Origin: Eledone cirrhosa
Lineage: Eukaryota
DNA: 64,000 nt
Assembly: GCA_964016885.1 (NCBI GenBank)
Contig: OZ024740.1
Span: 164,796,001 to 164,860,000, forward strand
Direction of reading: 5' to 3'
The notes below the pieces were generated by a model. The model was not told the DNA's origin. It did no database searches and worked only from the letters and a program-made list of their open reading frames with translations. Both the position numbers and the translations under genes were made by a program. Positions 37,773 through 50,860 of the stretch are shown here, piece by piece (positions within the stretch are counted from its first letter, which is position 1; each line of letters opens with the position of its first letter).

Positions 37773-38034
37773 AATAAGATTAGTTAAGACGGAGTTATTT
37801 CACCATAATTGCCTCATTGTATGATATATATTTTTCTTACATGGTTATGCATGTGACTTCATCAGTAGTTTATACAATCATATGTGTAGTTATGCAATCA
37901 CGGGGATATGCTGCTGGCCATGTATTACGATGATTGTATAAGCATCTGATTAATTCGCATGCATAATTATGTAACGGAAATATATATATATCATGCAATT
38001 ATGGTGAAATATTCCCGTCTTTACTACTCTTATT
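37773..38034. repeat. Diverged inverted repeat (about 105-bp arms) with decayed hammerhead-like cores; Penelope pLTR-like
   Basis: 37773-37882 versus the reverse complement of 37929-38034; CTGATGA on the minus arm and CTGATTA...GAAA-TATATATA on the plus arm. Confidence 0.55.
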
Positions 38035-38223
38035 TCATAAATGAATACACCGTCATTCCTAATAACAACCTCGTTGCTGGGATAAACTACTGACATGAAG
38101 TGAATTGCATAGCTCAGACCAGCTTACGTTACAAAGTATCAACCCACTATAAACAACTTATCTTCTGCAGTGTTCAATTGACTCCTGTGTTTTGTTCGTT
38201 AATTTTCAACTAAATACATATCT

Positions 38224-38240
38224 GTGTGTGTGAGTGTGTG

Positions 38241-38325
<85 letters not shown>

Positions 38326-38400
38326 GTACGTGTGTATATATGTATATGTGTATATGTGTGTATATATTGCGTGTATATATGTATATGTGTTTGTGTATAG
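38224..38400. repeat. (TG)n/(TA)n microsatellite
   Basis: Read directly from the sequence. Confidence 0.95.
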
Positions 38401-39172
38401 GTCTATTAATTACCTTTGCAACTAGGAGTGCGCACATGTGCGTGTACGGGCATGTGCTTACCGAACATCTACGAGTGGGTATACATATAACATAAAGGGC
38501 TGTACATGTGAATTACATAGTATTCATTACCACTCATAAAACTAAAAATACTGCTGAGTAATGATATAACAGAAATGGTCAAACATCCCTATTTTCGCGG
38601 TGTTTCTATTGATATTACACGATTCTCCGTATTCAACCCATTTAATAACTATCATAAATAAAATGCTGTAAAAAATGTGATCCGTCCTGGAATTTGATAC
38701 GGAGATATCATTACCAAATCATTGTCATCTTACTCACTAATTAATTAATTGTATGATAACTAGCACTTTCTCAATTGCAAGCTTATTATCTTATTGAATG
38801 AGTAGGTAGTGGCTGGCATCGCTGAAATATATTCGCTGATGTTCGTATCATATATATATGTGTGCATAGAACAATTAAAAAAAACAGAAGTAAGTCTAGT
38901 TAGAGAGTTAGTTCATTGATTTGCGATCGACCACCTGAAACAATCGTAAAACAATGAAGTAACTATTTACTGGCTTTAGTATTTTTCTTTTTCTATACAC
39001 ACATATGTAAATGACTCTGAAACCCGGACGGATTTTCTTCGAGGATACTTTAGGCTGTGATGACAAGCCACAAAAACTACTTATCACACTGCCGAATGTC
39101 GCCGCAACCATCCCTCCAAGGGCACATTGATTTCTATCAATGTTTATAGCCCCACCATAACCAGGTGAATTA

Positions 39173-39217
<45 letters not shown>

Positions 39218-39304
39218 GAGAGAGAGAGTGTGTGATATAGAGGAAAGGAGAGAGAGACAGAGGTACATATCTACTAACACACGCACACATGTATATGCGT
39301 ACTG

Positions 39305-39505
39305 GTTTCTAATATAAGCACGTGGCCAGCAATTCATGGAAGATGTCATAGACAATTATGTCGATTCGAGTACGTGTCAAGTATTCCATTCTATTGATCA
39401 CGAAAGGATAAGGAGTAGTTTTGACCTCGTAGGGATTTGAACTCAGAACGTTAACTCGATGCCTCAAAGTACATGTTACGTTGCTTCAGCCATTCTGCCA
39501 ATCCA
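39305..39505 (-). mobile_element. Old degenerate Nin-SINE
   Basis: GGCCAGCAATT, GGGATTTGAACTCAGAAC and TGCCAATCCA remnants in the correct order. Confidence 0.6.
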
Positions 39506-39635
39506 TCAACCTTGTAGAAGAATATACAATAAATTATATGAGCAGTTGTAAAGAAGAAAAAATAATACATGACAGCTAATAAAAATGATCTGGACCATAA
39601 CTCTGACGAGATCGCAAGATTGAAAATGTAGTGAA

Positions 39636-39844
39636 ATATATATATATATTTATATATATATATATATACGTATATATATATGTGTGTGTGTGCGCGTGTG
39701 TGTATTTACTTATGTATATATATATATATATGTATATAATATATATATATGAGTGTGCGTACGTTTTTGTGTGTGTATGCTTGTGTGCGTCTATATGTCT
39801 GTACTTGTGTGGGAATATGTGTGTGTCTGTGTGCGTGCGTGTGT

Positions 39845-39908
<64 letters not shown>

Positions 39909-39910
39909 AT
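39636..39910. repeat. (TA)n/(TG)n compound microsatellite
   Basis: Read directly from the sequence. Confidence 0.95.
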
Positions 39911-40859
39911 TTGTGTGCATGTGCACGATCGGGAAAGAAACAAGGAATGCATTTGATTGATTGACTAGCAATCAGAAAGACAGAAAGTTAGATAGGTAGA
40001 TAGATAAAAAATATTATAGATGTGATTCACTTCCCAAATATTTCCACAAATACAAAAGAAACATACGCAATGCTAGTGTAAATGTCACAAGCTTTACCTA
40101 ATAAATCACAATGTGATACAGAATAATCGCAGGTGAATATCGCAAGAAATATATTCTTATACTTATATATTATTAACAGATCTTTGTTCAGGGATATAGA
40201 TGAGAACATGTTTAAAAATGAATTTAAATCATTATAGTTTAGAAGACATTAATCCCACAATAACGATATATTTATATATCTCCTGCAATACGTTGGTATG
40301 TATAACGACAAAATTAACTATCATTAAGCAATATGAGTATTATCCCAATAGGAAATATAGATTTTTTTTTAAAGAAAGGCTTTTGGGGAAGATGTATTCT
40401 TCAAATGTGTAAACAGTAGCGTCCCATCGTAATGTAACGCGGATATATAAGATTGATATCATTTTAGATCCCCAAAATAGATATCATAAATTTGACCCCA
40501 ATGCGGAATGACCTTAGAATAAATATTATACTGAAATGTCTTCTGCACTATTTATCTATAGCTCTTAATACATAGCAAATTCAGTAATAAATTTGGCTCA
40601 AAGCTGCAAAATTTAGGAAAGTAGCGAACACGATGTTTTCTGCCCAAGTACTTGATTGGTTCATTGATCGTCCTTTGCGTTTCGAATGGTGTTCTTGTTA
40701 GATGTTTAGTGTGGTTGTTGCAAAAAATTGATGATTTTCTTCAAGTGCTGTAAGTTTTATTCTTTGCTTGAACGGTTGCAATTCAAATAAGAATCAATAT
40801 ATTCTGGGGTTAAACATTGCTTGACAGATAAATATGGTGTCCGGTATCTGGCCATCAAA

Positions 40860-41610
40860 TAGGAGATAAATCCTATTAAATCTTAGCTATGCAGACGATC
40901 TAGCCATCATGAATTACTCTAGAACTGATCTGCAAGACTTTCTGTATGTACTGACCAAACATTCGCTGGACGCTGGCTTACGCATCAACATCTCCAAAAC
41001 CAAATGTATGAAAAGTGATAAAAACAATGCCAATCTCCAACTCACAATCTAGAACCAGCAAATTGCTCAAGTTACGGAGTCTGTATATCTCGGTCACAAA
41101 CTATCATCAAACAACAAAGGAATGGTTGCTGCGCATTATCGAATCGCTCTAGGTTGGGCAGCTTTCAACACGAACAAGGAAGTACTAACATCAAAACGAT
41201 TTTCCTATCATTTGAAGGATAAAATCTTTGATACTTACATCCTGCCAGTTGTGTTATATGGTCTTGACTGTGTTAATTGGACGACAAGGTCACTTCAGAA
41301 GCTCTCTACATTTCAGAACCACACCATGAGAATTATGACTGACAAGCGGCTTAGCGACCGTATCTGTATCAGTGAGGTGCTCAACATTACCAAACTTAGA
41401 CCAATTACATCAATTGTCAAGTCAAGAGTACTCAAACTATACGGCCATACAAAAAGATCAGCTCGTGGTGTGAGTAGGTTATGCCTGGAACGATGGCTTG
41501 ACAATGTCAACTTATGGACTAGACTTGATCTTTGCTCTTTGAACTCTTCTGCTGGTGATCCAGCTTTGTGGAGAGAGATATCACACGTTAATGCGCAGTC
41601 TACAACTAGA
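40860..41610 (+). mobile_element. RTE-clade LINE fragment (RT C-terminal half)
   Basis: LSYADDLAI, GLRINISKTK, VYLG, RIALGWAAF, YILPVVLYG..W, LKLYGHTKR and RWLDNV. Confidence 0.85.
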
Positions 41611-41649
41611 GGAGTTTAGTGCCACAAGGATATTCTGGAGTTTTGTGGT

Positions 41650-42120
41650 ATGATTTATATCTACTGGATGTCATAAATGGTATGTATAGCTTTATGTGAT
41701 GGTCCAGGAGTGAAATGCATATATGGCCACAAGCTTTCTTGCATAGAAGAGGGTTGCTCTGTTTCGTAAACTGAATTGTTGCGCCAAAGTGTCCGAGGGA
41801 ATATGTTGAAACGTCTCGTAGGGTTTCAATATGAGGGAAATAGACAAGAGAAGGACGAACGAGAGGAAAGTTGCCGAGAGTATCATGGTTTAGACGAGTA
41901 GGTTTTGGAAGTAAAAAAGAGATCAATGGAGTTTAAAGAATCTTAGTCATGGATGTGTATGGAGATGAATCTAATTGAGGATTTTGAAAGGTTGGTTTTA
42001 TGCAACATCTGCATCCCAGTGAGATCGAAGAAGAGTTGTAAACTTTGAAGTCACCAATCACAATGACGTATGAGAGAAGTGAAGTAAGATAAATATCCTC
42101 CACACAGGAAGAATTGAAGA
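41650..42120 (-). mobile_element. Possible decayed APE-endonuclease fragment of a LINE
   Basis: The minus strand reads YVIVIGDF near 42045-42072; the rest is heavily decayed. Confidence 0.35.
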
Positions 42121-42567
42121 TAAATGAAAGAATTCAAATATAAGTAGAAGAATCATATGATTTTAGAGGTTTGGGAAGGGTAATTTTAGCTCGGCATGTG
42201 AGTGGAGTGCATGGTAGGGAAGGTAAAATCTACATATGGACAAACACTTCGAGCGATGTTTAGTATATATGGACAAGAGGCGATATAATTGTGTCTCGGA
42301 GAGGATGTGTGGTTCATAGAAAGTGATATTTGGAGCTTGGATTAGATCAGTCTACACAGATATTACAGAAAAGAAATAGTGCAAATATATTGGATAATTC
42401 ATTACCAGGCACATAATAATATATGACCAAAGAGCAAATGCATCAACGGTTTCAAAGGCAAATAAAATAAGACAGATTATCACTTAAGTAAACAACGTTA
42501 ATATATAGTAACTGATATTACCTGACACAGCATCGAACATTTGATGTATATATGAGATTTAAATATA

Positions 42568-42760
42568 TAATTGTTTCTACTTTTGGCACAAGTCCAGCAA
42601 TTAGCCAGTACATGACTGGTACTTTATTTTATCGACCCCGTAAGGATTAAAGGCAAAGTTAACCTCGGCGGGATTTGAACTCAGAATGGAAAGGGTCGTA
42701 ACTCTATGCGTCAAAGCATGGCGTCCGACCCTCTACCCATACTGCCAATCCACCGCCCTA
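42568..42760 (-). mobile_element. Full-length Nin-SINE with a 17-bp target-site duplication
   Basis: AGATTTAAATATATAAT at 42555-42571 and 42762-42778. Confidence 0.92.
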
Positions 42761-45389
42761 AAGATTTAAATATATAATATGAGATTATTTAAGCATCCAT
42801 GAACTACATATGGCTCTATGCACGTAAAATTATATATGGAACTTTCGCTTTAAAAATAAAGAGGACTCAAATAATCACATGTTAATCATTCTTCACAAGC
42901 TCACCGGCTATTACAAAATTAAAGAAGCATACAGAAATGAAGTAATTATGCAAGAATTAGTATTTTTATGTAAGACTTATCGTACTAACAAACAAAAAGT
43001 ATTTACAGATAATATTTTGTTTTCACTGCAGAAAAAACACCACAAGATGTGTAAAAATCTTGAATGAGATATAACGTGCTAGGTTATACTTGCTTTTCAA
43101 TTACTAAACCACTGATAGCTTTCTTCAACATCATAATAGATAATTTATTAGCTTTAGGGGGTAAACATTATTGATAAGAAAGATTATTTTCAAAGTAATC
43201 TTTTTAGTTTCTTTTTAATAAGAAAAAAAACAAAACTGGAAATATTATTTCTGACACAATGGAGTACTTCGCGTTGATGATATCTAATTTTAAGTTTTCC
43301 ATGTTTCAAATAAAAAAAAAATAGATGTTTAACTAGTTATTCACGTCTTCTAAACTGAAATTTGTTTAATATATATATAAACCATGAAACATACTAGTTT
43401 AAGATGAAGGCACAGATACTTAGATAGGGAGCATGGAATAAGATTATTGACCGTTCATAACATACCTTAACTGTATTTCATGAACTGCTAATAAGAACAT
43501 TGAAAGGTGGATATTCAACTGATTACCAGTAGATTGCAGGTATTCTATACTTATGATATATAATTTTTAGGAGTGCACTAGATAAATCTATTTTATATTT
43601 AAGATGTAAAGAAACGATTCTGACACTGTGATTTAAAGTATGAAGGAACATCGAATAATTCGGTAAGCAATTTTGAAGTTTTATGATAGAAATTAAATAC
43701 AAATTAAATAATCATATTATTTATCTCACAAGTATTCTACCCATGGAAATTTTGACACTATGTACAGCTAGGACTATATTGGTGTTTCCTTTGAATTAGT
43801 TGCCCTGGGTTATGAGAGATTTGGCAGATAGTTCTGACAAGTCACACATTCAAGCTTCTTCATTAGCTTTTTAACCACAGTTTCGATTTTGATGAATCAG
43901 ATGAGCTGATGAGGAAATCTGAATTAGTGTGTTTGCAATTTGGAGGTTTCAGTTGTTAGAAGACGTTGATAGAAAAAGTGATGAGATAGCAAAATATCAA
44001 GTTGTTTTATTGTTGGCTTTGGTTTTAATGTTTAACCGTGTTGAAGTTAAAGGGATGGTTAGGTATTTAAATAGAATACAGATATAGATAAGGTCGATGG
44101 ATGGATAGATAAAGAGATAGATTGAAAGAAAAATAGGTAGATAATATAGAATGGTAAGATAATTGATACACAACAAAATAATAAAATAAGGTGAACATGA
44201 GAAATCAATTTAAATGGACATAAACCTACAAAACTTGTTTATTTGACTGATGTATTAACTTCAGTGCACACAACCACAATTTATAACTGAATGGATAAAC
44301 AGGATACGACGGCATTTGATATCAAATCTTAGATGCAAGAAACTAAATGCTGATGGACAAAATACCTTATAATATTTTGTTACGCTCTGAGTTCAATTTA
44401 CCTCTCCAGGTTTGATCTATTCAGCATTCTTCCTTGATTTATATTATATGGAGTATCTTACTCGCATAACATTTCCTCTTTCGTCTTGTTAATTTACACT
44501 ATTCTCGGTGAATCTTGTAGGAACCTCAAATTACTTTTTTCGTTAGATTAAATTTATATAGACCATTAGATATTTACTTCAGATTTACTACCTTTAACTT
44601 GATTATGGACATCGCGTGGATTATAGCTTTTAAAATATACTTCAGGATATCAAATGTTATTTAAGTGGTTTCAATTACATGTCAACGAGACCTCATTACG
44701 GTTATGTAGCAACGACTGTTTCATCAAAAAGACTATCTTGTAATAGTTAAATTATGTGTAGATAAGGAAGAAAAACAACGTGATGATGATGATGGTAGTG
44801 GTTGGAGAGGATATTGTTTGTGATCATTATTTTTCACATGCGCGCAAAAACAAATATGTGTGTATAGGAGAAAGTCTAATAGATCGCTGATACTTATTTA
44901 GATACCATAGCTAACAATAAGACCTGTTACGAGGTTGCTCAACTTGCTAGAAATATCAGCCTAATCTTGTTCAAATCTTAAATAAATTATGGAAAATCTA
45001 CATAACAAAGTTTCATATAACTAAAAAGAGGGAATCATGTCAGCTGGAATACTTTTCTTCGTAAAATCAAGATTGTCCCGTTTCTAAACAACAAACATTG
45101 CATAGCAAAAAGCACAACATCATTTGTGACCATTTTAATAATATATGAGTTTGGAAACAAACTACAGTGATAGGCTACCAGACTTAATGCAGTGGGCAGA
45201 AGAAATAGTGAAAATGACAACAGTAACGAAAAGGAAAATGTTATCATAATGATGAAATCTGGTTAAAAATGGCAGAGATGACAATGTCTAATTATAAATA
45301 AAAATAAATTAGTAGAATGAAATGCAATTGGTGCTTACTACTGCACAGTAAAATCTTTGTTTATTCAAGTAACTCAAATAGCTAGGGGG

Positions 45390-45447
45390 ATACATTGGCA
45401 GTATCGGTAGACCGTCGGATAAAATGCTTTGTGGCATAGAATTACAT
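45390..45447 (+). mobile_element. Nin-SINE 5' head fragment
   Basis: ATTGGCAGTATCGGTAGA..GTCGGA..ATGCTTT. Confidence 0.65.
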
Positions 45448-45699
45448 CACAACTGTCAACACGATCACTACAAACAACAATGCCAATATAGCCAACAACA
45501 GCAACGGCAACAACAACAGCATCGGCAAATTGAAGGCAACAACAACAGCAGTAACTACAGTAACAAAAATCATAACAGCAGCAGCAGCAATGACAACAAC
45601 AACAATAGCAACAGCAACGACAATGAAAATAATGACAGCAACACTGTAAAATAAAAGGCAATATCCACAAAAGTACATTCACAGCATGATTTGGGCTCT

Positions 45700-46010
45700 G
45701 ACGGTCAAGGATAGGCACGTGCTATTCGTTTCCAAATGTATGCAGCTTTACAGAGACAATTTCTGCAACTGTTCACGGTGAGAGGGCGTGTGTGTGAGAG
45801 AGACTTCTTTGGTGGAAATTAATTACTTCCACGATGGTCTACCACAACTCTCGACAGAATATGGTGAGTGTTACGAAACGCCGATAACAGCTGAAATACG
45901 AATTGCTCTGAGTGTTTATGTACGAGACACAGATCATTCGTTTTGGATGGTGTACCCTACGAGGTTTTCGCAGAACAGGAGAATTGACAGTCCAGTAAGT
46001 CGTGTAGTAT
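45700..46010 (+). mobile_element. Old decayed Tx1 ORF2 relic
   Basis: DGLPQLSTEYGECYETPITAEIR and TTGGATGGTGTACCCTACGAG...CAGAACAGGAGAATT align with 10090-10420. Confidence 0.65.
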
Positions 46011-49000
46011 AAGTGGTGATGAGGAAACACGCGCCACTTTGTGTGTGTGTCTGTGGATGGTGGGGTGCATAATTAAAACTTTTTCGGTGATTGTCCTCGT
46101 AAACGTGGCCCGCAAGAGTGCTTCTTTTTAACACTCTGGAAGTCTAGATCACAGAAAGATGACAATGTCGGCTCAATGTTAAGACGCATTCACCAAACCA
46201 ATAGAGTCTAGGATTCAGAGAGTTCCGCTTCTTCTCTCTGTCTACTTAAGCACTACAATAAAACTTATTCTTGTGAATCAGCAAGTTCCCGTCACCTCCA
46301 GCCAAACCCACTCGATTATCTTCTTTCGATATTATTGCTGTGACTCATTCACTAAATCTTGTTCTATACACTTTCCTTAGTAATTCCTACCCAGAATTCC
46401 TACTACATTAGAAACAAAACCCAACATAACCCACCTCTTCTTTAAAAAGAAACATCAGCCTATAGAAGTTCAAGCTAAACATCAACTTCATCGATCTCCC
46501 ACTCATGAATGACCTGTAAATGCTTAGGGCACCACTCTTTCTCCTCTGACTAAATACTAATTGAAAAGAAGCACATTATTAAGAAAAGCAAACTGACAAC
46601 ATCCACCATATTAAGATGGAGAACAATATTGAAAAAACGAGTATGGCATTGAACAAGTCATAATGTTTTGATGAATTCATCAATATACTTCTTTTCTGGA
46701 AGTTGTTCTCCGGCGTTGTATAAAAGATGGTTGGTCAAATGAAATAATAATATTTACCCAAAGAGAAATTATCAAAATGGTTGAGCAGCATAGGTCATAG
46801 GTTGACGGAATTGAAAATCAAATAAGTGAAGTGTGGTTGTTACAACCTAAATAAATATAGTAAAGAATATAGTATTATCAATATTTTTTCTTGTTTAGGT
46901 TCAGTGGCCATTCTTGGAAGAATCCTGGGTAGATCCAATCGAAATATCAATTGATTTAAATGACTCGGATACGTTGTGTATTGTATGTTTCTCTGATCGA
47001 AAGCTAACCATTGAATAAACAATGCATTATTGAAGATGAAAAGCAAACATAGAGTATATAAAAAATAAAATATACAATTACTATTTCGCCCGAGGCAACA
47101 AATGAAGTAAATTGGATGACATTAGTTCATTCAACAAACAAACAGAAATATCAGTCTAAAAGAGAAAACCAACAAATAAATACACAAACCTACGTAGATT
47201 TTCTGAAAGATCTCTGCCAGTAGAAATAAAATGTAGCAACCGATATCCGAAACTACACAGAATATTAGTTATAGTGCCGCAAGTATATTGGAACCTAAAA
47301 CCGAAATTAAATATACTGTCATAACCATAATTTTCTAACTGCATTTATTAAAATTCAAGGCAAAATTTAGTCATTATTTTATGTCCCGCTTTGAAATCTT
47401 AGCAAGAGTAAATTTTGGTTTAATTCGATGAAAATCAAGTTCGATTCAAACAACCTGACTCCCGCCCAAGATGTATGACTACGTACAAATGTAAGAAATA
47501 AAGAGGCATAATTGATTAAATTTATTAAGTAAACTCATTTTCTTTTCTTTTTTTGCATTTCTTATTTGCTGCAAATATTCTATGCCAATTACATTCATTT
47601 ATAATTCGCAATATTACAGAGTCACCATACCTCACTTATCTTATCTCTACCTAACATTAGTAGCTGGTCTCAACATTAATAAGTATGTTTGAGATAAACT
47701 GTAATATTATGTATTTTTAAAAAGTATATATTAAATGTGATCAAACATCACATCTAACCTGTAATATGTATTTTTCAATAGGACACTCGATAGTGGAGTC
47801 AGATGAAATACCTGAGAGCTACTTAATTACGCCCTGACACATTCTTAATTAAAATATTGCAATGTCAATAAAATAGATACTATATTTCTATTTTTATTCA
47901 TAGACTGAGTCCTGTTTCAATGACTATCATCTCCGCGAAGATATGTAGCTTTCTGCAGTTATAAATATTTGAGTTGTCAGTTTGATATTTAGCATTTTTC
48001 ATTTAATCTTAATATATAAAAGCGATCAAACATAAATTCCAAGGAGTATGCCACAGTTCTTTCGTTATGTAGATAGCTGACATTTTCGATAGGGATACAT
48101 ACTTTTTTTATAGGAGAGGTTCATAGCCTACGTGTTGTTTAGCGAAATTTGTTCTTTTTAACCTCAGAAAAAATGCAAAATTGAAACTTTGACACTGTGT
48201 AATAAAATGAGATAACCTTACTTTACTAGATTTATCTGATTTATCTAGGATTAGATTGACCATTTCATCTTTAATTTTGTTTCATAGATAGCAATGTGTA
48301 AGTTAAAGGAATCCGGCAGATTTTTCTATCAGAAGAAATTATTGCTTAGAGGATTTATTTTGGGTTTCTAAAGAATAATTGTTAAATAGCGTATACGGTG
48401 GATTTATGTTCAGTTTCACTCGGCCAAAATCCAATCACAAGCGATTAGGTAAGCTTATGTCATGGTATAAGAATCTTGAAAGAGGTATCGAATTGTCCGA
48501 TTAAATCCGGAGTCAAGTGGTTATGAGACAAACTTCTTAACAAGATATCCATTGGTGTGCTTATATGCTATGGAATCTATTGTAAAACATTTCTAGCAAT
48601 TAGAACATTAAAAGCTAAAAGAAATCATTTGACTTTTGTATAAACGTTAAAAATACTGAGTACTCCGTGTTTAAAAGGATCCACATGACAAAAGAAAGTA
48701 ATTTCAATACACTAATGAAAGTGGAAGTTAAGACTGACAAATTGCCGAAGATTAAAACAACAATAATAAATCCTAACGCAAATAGAGAACATGAATACAG
48801 TATTTATATACAATTAAGCTGTTCGAGACATAATGGCGCGCAGAGGTGAGCATAACTAGATAAAATAGATTGGAACAGTGGAAACCAAATAATTACAGAA
48901 AAAGGAAATCCAATATATTACAATTGGGGTGGGGATGTATGCGTAAAATTGATTAGCGCAGAACTCAATTTGAAAAGATTCGAAATGGAGACAAAAAGAG

Positions 49001-49092
49001 GAATTACTGAAATAAATACAGAATATATACATACCCCCCACACACACATATACACATACATATACTTACATACACACACATATATATATGTA

Positions 49093-49154
<62 letters not shown>

Positions 49155-49222
49155 CAAGGTTTAGCAAATAAGAAAAAGTTTCAAAATAAATAAAAAAAAA
49201 TTAACTTTACTTACTATGGTTA

Positions 49223-49306
49223 CTTTTACCGAATCGGTTTCGAGTCTCAAAAATAAACGGACAGTCCATACGGCATCCGTTGCAAAGATAAACTCTCGTC
49301 AGAAGG
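49223..49306 (-). ncRNA. Hammerhead ribozyme motif with long stem II and weakened stem I
   Basis: CTGACGA-GAGTTT...AGACTC-GAAA-CCGATTCGG-TA, within a TA-flanked segment at 49150-49520. Confidence 0.6.
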
Positions 49307-50049
49307 ATCTTTTCACTCGGAGAATATAAAATTCCCGAGTTCAAATTACGAACTGGCGCTATTCAAAATTGTTTCCAAAATGAGAATAAATGAAGTGGAA
49401 GCAATTCTTTCAAGTGCCGTGTGTAAAGATAGAAGCAGAGGCAGGGGGTCAGTCTGCTCCCGCTATAACTAGCAGCAGTCAGAACGACCAAATTTTTTCT
49501 CAATCAAGAGGAGAATATTATATATATATATATATATTCATTTGATGTTTAAACTGTGAGCTTTGATACTCCGAAGATTAGCGATTAAATGAATATTAAA
49601 ACTCTCTTTCATTATTGACTATTTTTAACGTCCGTCAAAAATAATGTATATATTTATATATCAGGATAGAACCAGTTTAAAACTAGTTAGACCAATACTC
49701 GACAGAGTGCTCGATATTTGGTGTAGTAGAGTATGGGTATATTAAAAAGACCAGACGGCTGAGCTCTTGCCATTTCAACAGCTAGATGTTGAAGCGGCAA
49801 TAGATCAGCCATCGTGTCCCAACTCTTTATTATATATATATATAGGTACCAGTGCCCAGCATATTCTATCCTTTTATCTCATAAAGTAGTTAAAGGATGG
49901 CTCTGTCCATATAACTATTCTCTTGATAAATGCGGATTCCAGAACATTTGCAGCAGTACGGGTTTATGACCCATCAAGCTTGTTCTCTAATCTGTGTGTC
50001 TGACTGAGGAGTCATACAAAACAACGGACTTAACTACAGCTCTGATGAA

Positions 50050-50860
50050 ACCTCTCTTCCTTTTGTTTGGTAGGTAGCATTTCCAGATTGACCCGGGTCA
50101 GAGCACTTCATGTATAGATTTGTCTTTCTCGGTGAATGGAATACCACTTCTAAGATTAATGGCTTTCACTTCACCATTTCGATTGAACATCATGGCTTCT
50201 GTCTTTTTCGTGTTCACATACAATGATGGCGGCAGACTGGTCGAGTACATACAGGAGTTGTTCATAATATGCAACGTTGTCTGCGATCAGAGCTATGTCG
50301 TCAGTATAATCAATATCAGTAATCTTCTGGCAGGTTATATTTTGCTTCTGGCTCTGTGCAATGTTATGCCTAGATTCTTCTCAAACTCAAGTGATGTGCA
50401 GAATAGAATCCAGTGCGATGACAAATAGAAGGAAGAGTCACCATCAGAGGCGCACACCATTGATCGTGTGTTCTTGTACATCATCATAATAGCAGTTACC
50501 GTTTCTTTTGGTAAGTCATAAGATCTAAGTATTTCAGCCATTGTTTCTCTGTGGACTAAGTCAACATTTAGGAGAAGTGGATAAAGATCACAGCTGCCTC
50601 TAATTTTTTTGTCTTCACACCATCTAGAATTCTTCTCACCGTCAGAATCTGCCCCTGTGTAGATCTATTTCGTCTGAAACCGTTCTGGTTCAGCCGAAGA
50701 AACTTTTCAATTTCTCCTTGGATTCTGTTGTGTAACATTTCATTGTAGATTTTGTCAGCAATACGAGAGAGTGTAATACGTCTATAGTTGTCTATAACAA
50801 TGAGGTCTCATTTTTTCGGGAGTGGTTCAATACATTCTTCAGTCCATGACTTAATAAAGC
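50050..50860 (-). mobile_element. RTE-clade LINE RT fragment
   Basis: NYRRITL, KIYNEMLHNRI, NQNGFRRNRST..QILTVRRI and DIDYTDDIAL. Confidence 0.85.
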
